Below, one piece after another: positions 56,961-64,000 of a DNA stretch of 64,000 nucleotides. Positions within the stretch are counted from its first letter, which is position 1. Every line of letters starts with the position of its first letter. The notes under the pieces are model-generated. The model made no database searches. It was given only the letters and a program-made list of their open reading frames with translations, and was not told the DNA's origin. The stretch is from an uncultured bacterium (GTDB taxonomy: Bacteria > Patescibacteriota > Patescibacteriia > UBA1558 > GWA2-36-10). The position numbers were made by a program, and so were the translations under genes. The DNA is taken from the NCBI GenBank assembly GCA_903855135.1, contig CAINYB010000006.1, positions 29,631 to 93,630 on the forward strand, given 5' to 3'.

Positions 56961-57428
56961 TTATAACATATTTTTACTAATAATATAATAGCCTGCCACT
57001 GCCATCGCCACACCGACATTGAGAGATTCTTTTTCACCGTTCATCGGTAAAGCAATGATTTGATCTGCTTGTTTTAACAATTGTGGCGAGATCCCTCTAA
57101 CTTCATTACCGACTAATAAAGCTAAAGGAAATTTTGGTTTAAAATCTAAATAATTTATAGCCTTATCAGTTTTTTCTAAAGCTATGATAGTAAAACCTGA
57201 TTTTTTTAATTTACGCAAAAGAGTAGAAATATTTTTATGGTATTCCCAGTAAACACTTTCTTCTGCACCTAATGCTACTTTAGAAATTTCTTTGCGTGGT
57301 GGATGTCCAGAATAGCCAGACAAAATAAGCGACGCCCCCAGGGCGTCGGCTGTACGAAACATCGTGCCAATATTATAAAGACTACGAATATTGTGAGCAA
57401 TAATATAAAATTCCTTCTTATTCATCAT
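56961..57428 (-). CDS. TrmH/SpoU family RNA methyltransferase
   Basis: NIRS.YNIG..FRTAD, GNE..GI, ESLNV.VA. Confidence 0.92.
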   Translation of the reverse strand: MMNKKEFYIIAHNIRSLYNIGTMFRTADALGASLILSGYSGHPPRKEISKVALGAEESVYWEYHKNISTLLRKLKKSGFTIIALEKTDKAINYLDFKPKFPLALLVGNEVRGISPQLLKQADQIIALPMNGEKESLNVGVAMAVAGYYIISKNML

Positions 57429-59028
57429 GATACATGCCTTCTTTTTTGTCTTTCAAAAAACCAAGCCAATCTTCAAAAGTAGAAATAAAAATCTTAAACG
57501 GCGCTTCGATAATATAATCCATCACAAAAGCAAAAACATTGATCTTTTTAAATTTAGTAGAAAGCCAACGCCCGGCCGAAACTATCGGTAAAGAAAAGAA
57601 ATCTATCAAAAATGATAATAAACCAACTTTTTTCTGTAAAACCTTATACTCTTTGGCTGTAGAGCGGATTTTCAAAGCAAAGAAACTAACCATGGTTAAA
57701 AAGAAGAAAAATAAAGTGCCAGACAAAATATTAAAGTTCAAACTTTGTAAAAACATGATAATCACACCAAATACTAAAATGTACAAAGTAGTGAACATGG
57801 AATAATAAAAAGTTCTAAAGCCCCAATTTTGATTATACTTAGCACTCAATTTACACAACAAAGATTGCTTAGGCTCACCGTAAATAATTTGCTCTAAATT
57901 TTCCAAAATCTTACCAGTATTTTCTTTGGTCGGTGGCAAAATAGTCAAAGTGATTAAAAACATCAAGAATGGTGGTAATAAGACATTGATAATCAAAGGT
58001 AGATAATGCAATTCTTTTACCACATAAACTTCATATGGCAACTCAAAAATCAAAGCCATTGTCATCTTGGTGATAAAAATATAAATAATAGCCCTGATGG
58101 AGCTTTGCCTGATTTTATTGCCAACGATTTTATACTTCTGATTGATCAAAACTTTAGCTTCTGCTAAAAATTGTTCTGGATCAGAAAGTAAATCTGCCAA
58201 ATCATCCCCTTTTAATAAAATTAATTCGTATAAAATTTTAAAAGTGACCACATCCTCTTTGATGGTGCTTAACAATTTTTTCTGATAAGGATGTTTTAAA
58301 TGATGCTGAATAGTTCTGTGAATCGAAGCAAAATTAGCGGCCACTACTTTCACTAAATCGCCGTTCGCTTGTTGCCAATCAGGAAAATAAAGATTAAACA
58401 AATGATAAGCAATGATAGTATCGTCTGACTTGACTAAAGACTTGTGAATAGCAATATAAAGTTGGACGTTTTTTTCTCTAACCCTGACCTCATCCACACT
58501 TGTGCCACTAAATTTAATACGTGGTTTGATCGCCTGATACATGGTCTCAATCACTGAGTCGCCAATGGTCTCTGGGCTAAGCAACATATCAATCTCACAA
58601 GCCTCAATGCCAACTAACCAATCAAAATATTTTTTTCTTTCTGAAGTATGATAAAGGTCATTGAGTAATAAAAATAAATCATTGTAACGCTTAATAATTT
58701 GCGCTACTTGTAAAATTATTTTTTCCGGTAAAGCATTGTTTGGTAAATAGCGACTACGAATCAAATCTTCTATCAAACCTTTGGCGATTTGCGGTTTTAA
58801 AGTTTCAAGTAATAAGCGACGACGTAAATTTCTCTCAATCGCAAAACGACGTAAAAGATGGACTTCTTTAAAGTCTACACTGTTACGTAATTTTTCATAG
58901 AAAAAAGTAACTTTCGAAGTTATTTCTTCTACTTCTATTTTATTTTCTTCTTCAGCTACGGCCCGCTTTATTTTTTTAGCTCGCTCTAATTTTTGGTACA
59001 AAGCCACGATAATTGGCGAAATTTGCAT
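57418..59028 (-). CDS. Conserved hypothetical membrane protein
   Basis: FYEKLRN.VD.KE.HLLRR.AIER.L.R; C-terminal TM helices. Confidence 0.8.
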   Translation of the reverse strand: MQISPIIVALYQKLERAKKIKRAVAEEENKIEVEEITSKVTFFYEKLRNSVDFKEVHLLRRFAIERNLRRRLLLETLKPQIAKGLIEDLIRSRYLPNNALPEKIILQVAQIIKRYNDLFLLLNDLYHTSERKKYFDWLVGIEACEIDMLLSPETIGDSVIETMYQAIKPRIKFSGTSVDEVRVREKNVQLYIAIHKSLVKSDDTIIAYHLFNLYFPDWQQANGDLVKVVAANFASIHRTIQHHLKHPYQKKLLSTIKEDVVTFKILYELILLKGDDLADLLSDPEQFLAEAKVLINQKYKIVGNKIRQSSIRAIIYIFITKMTMALIFELPYEVYVVKELHYLPLIINVLLPPFLMFLITLTILPPTKENTGKILENLEQIIYGEPKQSLLCKLSAKYNQNWGFRTFYYSMFTTLYILVFGVIIMFLQSLNFNILSGTLFFFFLTMVSFFALKIRSTAKEYKVLQKKVGLLSFLIDFFSLPIVSAGRWLSTKFKKINVFAFVMDYIIEAPFKIFISTFEDWLGFLKDKKEGMYHDE

Positions 59029-59052
59029 AAAGTTTAACTTAACTATCTATAT

Positions 59053-59077
59053 AAACCGCCGCCTTCGGCGGCGGTTT
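59053..59077. repeat. Hairpin AAACCGCCGCC-TTC-GGCGGCGGTTT in a gene leader
   Basis: Perfect 11-bp stem. Confidence 0.75.
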
Positions 59078-59122
59078 CGTGAGATTATTATGCTTTTAAA
59101 ATACCACAAAACCACTTTTTTT

Positions 59123-60235
59123 TCAAGATTTCTTAGCAAAATATTTAGCAGCTAGATAAGTAGAAATAGGTACCGCTAACAAAATACCGATACTACCAAC
59201 TAAAGTCCTTAATATCTCCGTAGCAATCATTTCGTTATTAACAACCAAGCTCGGGCTAAGCCATTGGCCGGTTTTTAGACTAAACAAAATAAGCAAAGGC
59301 AAAGCTGCGCCAGCATAAGCTAAAAACAAAGTATTGATCATCGAAGCTAAATGAGATTTACCGATATTGATACTACTAGTATATAGATGTTTAAAATCAA
59401 AACTAGCGTTGGCTTTTTTAAGTTCTTCAACTGCGCTAATCTGACTAATTACTACATCGTCCAAAACACCTAAGGTACCTAACAAAATACCAGCTAATAA
59501 TAAACCGCGGAAATTAATAGCTTGCTCGGTCAAGCCCACTAATAGCATAGACTCTTCATTTGACATGCCACTCAAACGTAAATAAGCCTCAAAAAATACA
59601 GTCAACATACCAACTGATATCAAAACTAAAACAATAGATAAAACTGCTAAATTTGATTTTTTATTTAAGCCTTCCGTGAAATAGATAATAAAAACTAAGA
59701 TAAACAAAGCACCGATTAAGGCTACCCAAAATGGATTAAAGCCGGTTAAAATATTAGGTATCATAAATTTCATGATAACTAAGACAGAAAAAAATAAACT
59801 CAACAAAGCCTTTAGGCCCTTCCATTTGGCAATAACTATAACTAATAATACAAAAAATAAAAATAAATAAGCCAGGCCATTTAGTCGCACATAATCAGTG
59901 ATATCATAAAAATCTCTCCCATCTTCTGTTTGAGATTTATTTACCAAAACCTTATCACCTACCTGATAATAGCCCTGTGAAACAACACTGAATTGATCAA
60001 TACCTTGATAAATAACTTCTTTATCTTTTTCTGGCCCACTTAAAAGTAATAGTTTGATGTTTTGCTGTTTATTAATTACACCGTTATCTGTCGTTGTATC
60101 TCTTTCATCCAAAATCTCTAATACTCGAGCATAAAACAAAGAGTCATTGCTAGCTTGAGATTCTTGTGCTAACAAAATATTAGGCAATAAAATTAATGCC
60201 AAAAAAGCTAAAAGCAAATATTTTAATTTATTCAT
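59123..60235 (-). CDS. YibE/F family membrane protein
   Basis: GTLGVLDDV.ISQ, NTL.LAY.G, EI.R.L.GS.G. Confidence 0.92.
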   Translation of the reverse strand: MNKLKYLLLAFLALILLPNILLAQESQASNDSLFYARVLEILDERDTTTDNGVINKQQNIKLLLLSGPEKDKEVIYQGIDQFSVVSQGYYQVGDKVLVNKSQTEDGRDFYDITDYVRLNGLAYLFLFFVLLVIVIAKWKGLKALLSLFFSVLVIMKFMIPNILTGFNPFWVALIGALFILVFIIYFTEGLNKKSNLAVLSIVLVLISVGMLTVFFEAYLRLSGMSNEESMLLVGLTEQAINFRGLLLAGILLGTLGVLDDVVISQISAVEELKKANASFDFKHLYTSSINIGKSHLASMINTLFLAYAGAALPLLILFSLKTGQWLSPSLVVNNEMIATEILRTLVGSIGILLAVPISTYLAAKYFAKKS

Positions 60236-60304
60236 AAAATTTAACTAATTTTTTCTTATTATAGCACAAAAAACTACCTTTCACGAAAGCTTGATACTAA
60301 TATT

Positions 60305-60330
60305 AAAAAACACCCCCGTCAGGGGGTGTT
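60305..60330 (-). terminator. Intrinsic terminator
   Basis: AACACCCCC-TGAC-GGGGGTG-TTTTTT on the minus strand. Confidence 0.75.
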
Positions 60331-60341
60331 TCATATAAACT

Positions 60342-60821
60342 TTATTTTTTCTTTTTAGCTACTTTTTTAACTTCTTTTTTAGCAGCTTTAGGTTTTTCTT
60401 CTACTTCATCAAATACTATGTCCATATCTTTTTCTTTAGTCTTTGCTTTAGCAGGAGCTTTACTAGCTTGTAAAAGATTTAAAATTTGATCCAGCTTTTT
60501 GTTTAAACCATTGATAGCCTCGGTAACTTGACTATTATCATGACCGCCAGCAGAAGAACGACTTGATCTAGTATCGTTTTTCTTAAAACAATCATTACAA
60601 TAAACTGGTTTACCACTTGTTGGACGAAATGGTACTTCACAATCAGAGCCACAACCATCGCATACTGCTTGATGCATTTCTGCTGGGCGACTATCTCGAT
60701 CTCGACGATCTCCGCCAAAACCTCTATCTCTGCCACCGCCAAAACCACCACGGTTAGAGCCTCTAAAACCGCCTCTATCTCTGCCACCGCCAGGTCTTCT
60801 ATCTCGATTAAAATTTCCCAT
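60342..60821 (-). CDS. CxxC-x17-CxxC zinc-ribbon protein with RGG-rich N-terminus and Lys-rich tail
   Basis: MHQAVCDGCG..CEVPFRP...KPVYCNDCF; internal 21-bp direct repeat at 60721-60741 and 60772-60792. Confidence 0.88.
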   Translation of the reverse strand: MGNFNRDRRPGGGRDRGGFRGSNRGGFGGGRDRGFGGDRRDRDSRPAEMHQAVCDGCGSDCEVPFRPTSGKPVYCNDCFKKNDTRSSRSSAGGHDNSQVTEAINGLNKKLDQILNLLQASKAPAKAKTKEKDMDIVFDEVEEKPKAAKKEVKKVAKKKK

Positions 60822-60844
60822 AAAGTTGTCCGTCTATGATATTA

Positions 60845-60868
60845 ATTTTCCGCCTGACGGCGGAAAAT
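60845..60868. repeat. REP-like hairpin ATTTTCCGCC-TGAC-GGCGGAAAAT in a 5' leader
   Basis: Perfect 10-bp stem. Confidence 0.8.
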
Positions 60869-61103
60869 AACTATCTAGATTAATTTAATTATTAAACTTA
60901 AGTATTACAATAACACATATTGACAAATAAAGCAAGTTTTATTCTAGTCAATTATTTAATAAATCCGCCCACCTGCTTTTCCCACTTCTATTCATAAAAG
61001 TCAATAATATAATTCCCTCATCAATTATATTAAACTTAACAAGCCGCCATAAGAAATCTAAAGCGCCAACCAATTCAAGTTAGCGCTTTATTTTAACTAT
61101 ATT

Positions 61104-63011
61104 TTACCAACCCCCGCCTCCTCCGCCTCCTCCGCCGCCACCAGAAAATCCACCGCCACCAGCACCACTTGATGAAGAGGCGCTCTGTGAAATAGCCGAA
61201 GTCATACTAGTTAAAGCTGAGGAAAAACTATCTACATCAAAACTTCCATTAGAACTAATAAACCAAACTGGCGCCATAGAGTTAAATTTCTCTATACCAT
61301 AAATATTTTTCATCGCCTTGACCCAAATATCTGTCAAACCAAAATAAATAGCATAAGGCAAAATCTTTTCAAACATATTTTCTTTTTCATAAAATCTTGC
61401 TCGGTATTTTTCCGCGGTTTCTATAAATAGTTTAAAACCTTTTATCTTCCATTCCGCTTCCGCACCTTTTAAGGTACGCTTGTTCATAAAAACAACAAAT
61501 AAAAAGAAAATAATAAAAGATAATATAAAAGAAAAAACCATTAAAGAAATCGATTGAACTCCTGCAGAAGAAAAAAGAGTCAGACTAGCGCTAAAAATGA
61601 TCGTGGATAAAACCAAGGTGGAAAAACCATAAAGAAAATATCCAGTGGTATATCGGTTCTTTTCTAAATAACCATCAATCTCTAAAAGCGTCCTGACCGC
61701 TTGTTTTATGTCTGGTAACTTCATATAAAAAATCTTTTTTACATCCGATAATAAATTTTCACTTTTTTTCTCTGTAAAATCTGCCCAAACACCTTTGGTA
61801 AATTGATTTAATTTACTTGTATGTTGATTTGTCTTACCCAAAAGCATAGAGAAAATACCAGCTATAATTGTTTTGTCCAAATTTTTATTTTGACTAAAAA
61901 TTTTCTCAGCATTTTCTTTCATAAGAGCTTCATCTTTTGGACCTAAAAATATGGCATCAAATAAAATCTTTTCCCCACCATTCAAAGCGGCTGCCTTATT
62001 TACATCAATTACTGTGAATCTATAATCTTTTTTGGTAAAACCTAATACTTTAGCACTAACATCTTCTATTTTAATAATTCCGTCACAAGCAAATTTAATA
62101 ATAGCCGCTGAAATTGCTTCGTTTTTTAAAAAACCTAAACCAGACAACATACTCATTTGCATCGGCGTCAAATTATCTGGTGCTTCATATTCAGCAATCA
62201 CAGCTTTGTTTAAATTTGGATCTTTACCATGTTTTTTCCAAAAAGCAAAACAAAAAATAAAAGTCAAAATTGGAAAAACTAAACTAGGCCAACCTGGATA
62301 TTTATCTGAAAAAGTAATTTGATAAGGAATAAAAATATTTTTTGGCATTAAGACCGAAAGGCTGATGCCTTCGCCTTTTTTCAAAACTTGCGTTGAATAA
62401 ACTTGTAAAATATCATCCTGCCATTTTACAAAAGCTAAGTCTTTATTTTTTAATCCATATAAACCAGTATAATAATCAATTTTGGTATTATTTTCATTAA
62501 TGCCAGCTGGAAAATGAATATCAGCACTATAATTATCTATTTCTAGTTCCCAAAAATTACCATTTAAGTTCCACCATAATTCTTCAAAGTTTTCTTGAAA
62601 ACGAATAGCATTTTTTACTTTATAAACTATTTTATATTCATTTTCACCTTTCACTGTAATATTCGGATCACCTATTTTCCAAGTAATAGTATTATTTTGC
62701 TTACTAGTACTATATTCTAATGGCTGACCAGAAAAATCTGTAATGCTGACTAATTCTATCGGCGTTAAAATCTTGCCTTCAGGTGTATTTATCTGTGTTG
62801 GTAAAACTCTAAAAATACCATGCTTGCCTGGTAAATTTCCACAATCTGCTACAATTTTTTCCGTGATCAATAAAGACGAATCAGTATTAACGACAATATC
62901 TGAATGAAAATCTTTGATGTACCAATCATGAATTTGTGAATTAGTTCTAGCTAAACTAATATTTGGCAATAAAATCAATAACAGTAAAAAAGAAAAAAAT
63001 AATTTTTTCAT
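61104..63011 (-). CDS. DUF2207 membrane protein
   Basis: HGIFR, EL.WN..G..W, GKDP, GFK.F, LPYA...G, Gly-rich GGGGGW terminus. Confidence 0.9.
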   Translation of the reverse strand: MKKLFFSFLLLLILLPNISLARTNSQIHDWYIKDFHSDIVVNTDSSLLITEKIVADCGNLPGKHGIFRVLPTQINTPEGKILTPIELVSITDFSGQPLEYSTSKQNNTITWKIGDPNITVKGENEYKIVYKVKNAIRFQENFEELWWNLNGNFWELEIDNYSADIHFPAGINENNTKIDYYTGLYGLKNKDLAFVKWQDDILQVYSTQVLKKGEGISLSVLMPKNIFIPYQITFSDKYPGWPSLVFPILTFIFCFAFWKKHGKDPNLNKAVIAEYEAPDNLTPMQMSMLSGLGFLKNEAISAAIIKFACDGIIKIEDVSAKVLGFTKKDYRFTVIDVNKAAALNGGEKILFDAIFLGPKDEALMKENAEKIFSQNKNLDKTIIAGIFSMLLGKTNQHTSKLNQFTKGVWADFTEKKSENLLSDVKKIFYMKLPDIKQAVRTLLEIDGYLEKNRYTTGYFLYGFSTLVLSTIIFSASLTLFSSAGVQSISLMVFSFILSFIIFFLFVVFMNKRTLKGAEAEWKIKGFKLFIETAEKYRARFYEKENMFEKILPYAIYFGLTDIWVKAMKNIYGIEKFNSMAPVWFISSNGSFDVDSFSSALTSMTSAISQSASSSSGAGGGGFSGGGGGGGGGGGW

Positions 63012-63032
63012 AAAATTAATTTACCAAAAACT

Positions 63033-63449
63033 TTACTTCCACATTCCTAAAATCAAACCAAAAGCTACAAAACAAATAAGTTGATAACCAGACTGAAGCA
63101 AAAATCTTGCCCAAGAAATTTTAGCTGAATCGTTATTCCACATCGCCGTACCCGCTATCACTGGTACCACAAAGGCTGCCCAAATCCACAAGGCGTTTGT
63201 TAAACCGCTAGCCTCTTTCCAACCTTCGATATAATAAGCTAAAACCCACACTTGAAATAAAGCCAATAAAAATTGGACTAAATATAGTTTCCAAACATTA
63301 GCTTCCATTTTCTTTCTTGCCTCTAAATCTAATTTAGTTGCACCAACGACTTGGAGCCAAATTTTACCAAACAATGGTCCGTACCATAAATAGCCAAAAA
63401 ACATGGCCAAAATCCCACATACTAAAATAGCATAATAATTTATTTGCAT
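63033..63449 (-). CDS. DUF1761 membrane protein
   Basis: INY.AI, G.LWYGPLFGK.W. Confidence 0.85.
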   Translation of the reverse strand: MQINYYAILVCGILAMFFGYLWYGPLFGKIWLQVVGATKLDLEARKKMEANVWKLYLVQFLLALFQVWVLAYYIEGWKEASGLTNALWIWAAFVVPVIAGTAMWNNDSAKISWARFLLQSGYQLICFVAFGLILGMWK

Positions 63450-63470
63450 ATTTTTATTAATTAATAATTT

Positions 63471-63992
63471 TTACCTTTGCACATAAATAGAAGCGGTTGC
63501 ATAAGGACTCTCAACGCAAGAGCCAATAGTTATACGACCCTGGGAATTTCTATTAAAATAATAACCTGTACTAGGACCGCCTTCAAAACCAGGATTAACA
63601 GGTAATGTTGGCAAATATATTGGTGTCAAAGAATCTAAAGCGATCGCATCATCATCCACAAAATAAAAATTACCACCAGGATCACAAAGAGCCTTATCTC
63701 CTGGGAATCCAATAATCATAATTGAATATCCAGCGTCATTACTACCATTTCCTACTTGTACAATTGAGTCAGACAAAATACCAGTAGAAGTTGGATAAGT
63801 AGTCGCATTATCAGCCATATACATCTTAATAGCGTCAGCGATAGCTGTCACATCTTGCCAACGTTGTGCATCACGTGCTTGCCCAATTCTTTTCGCTGGA
63901 TCAACAGCCACAAAAGTAGCTGCCGCAAGCAATGCTATAACTGCAATAACTATAATTAATTCTATTAATGTAAAACCTTTTTTATTTTTCAT
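63471..63992 (-). CDS. Type IV pilin-like protein
   Basis: Class III signal KKG|FTLIELIIVIAVIALL; ARDAQR..D. Confidence 0.92.
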   Translation of the reverse strand: MKNKKGFTLIELIIVIAVIALLAAATFVAVDPAKRIGQARDAQRWQDVTAIADAIKMYMADNATTYPTSTGILSDSIVQVGNGSNDAGYSIMIIGFPGDKALCDPGGNFYFVDDDAIALDSLTPIYLPTLPVNPGFEGGPSTGYYFNRNSQGRITIGSCVESPYATASIYVQR

Positions 63993-64000
63993 TTTATTTA

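Noticed and set aside
783-60868. Possible CRISPR array or attC cassette array from the recurring palindromes
   Set aside because: No regular repeat-spacer periodicity, no cas or integrase gene, no GTTRRRY attC boxes, and the flanking genes are housekeeping.
61104-61165. GC-rich CCG/CCT tandem repeat
   Set aside because: It encodes the normal Gly-rich GGGGGW tail of DUF2207 proteins.
423-62322. Many 60-190 aa plus-strand ORFs in the track (e.g. 423, 1168, 46087)
   Set aside because: They are antisense shadows of well-supported minus-strand genes and carry no motifs.

Overview
AT-rich chromosomal window from a Patescibacteria (CPR, probably Parcubacteria/ABY1-type) bacterium. The taxonomy is inferred from gene content: two VirD4/HerA-like coupling ATPases, a sigma4-HARE protein, DUF4012, DUF5671, a SecD-PPIase fusion, a shortened AlaRS and an archaeal-type AMP phosphorylase. 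Genetic code 11 fits. Essentially all of the roughly 55 long protein genes lie on the minus strand and lack Shine-Dalgarno motifs. Housekeeping genes include secA, hpf, alaS, mnmA, secDF, dnaX, lepA, murJ, greA, mrdA-mreDCB, proS, rseP, frr, holB, rnhA and recJ. There is also a glycosyltransferase/DUF4012 envelope locus, type IV pilus genes at both ends, tRNA-Gln(CTG) and RNase P RNA. No CRISPR array, integrase or transposase is visible. The most unusual signals are: (i) at least five families of GC-rich REP/REPIN-like palindromes in almost every intergenic gap, many in 5' leaders with non-terminator polarity; (ii) REP-like units inside RNase P RNA helices P3 and P12, plus a 2-nt insertion in its conserved CR-I motif; (iii) two small membrane proteins missed by the ORF track, a leaderless antisense 30-aa protein and a 39-aa protein with the only strong SD noticed; (iv) exact 14-27 nt identity tracts between diverged paralogs; (v) a coupling ATPase apparently co-transcribed with AMP phosphorylase. 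All family names are recognised by eye, not from database searches.
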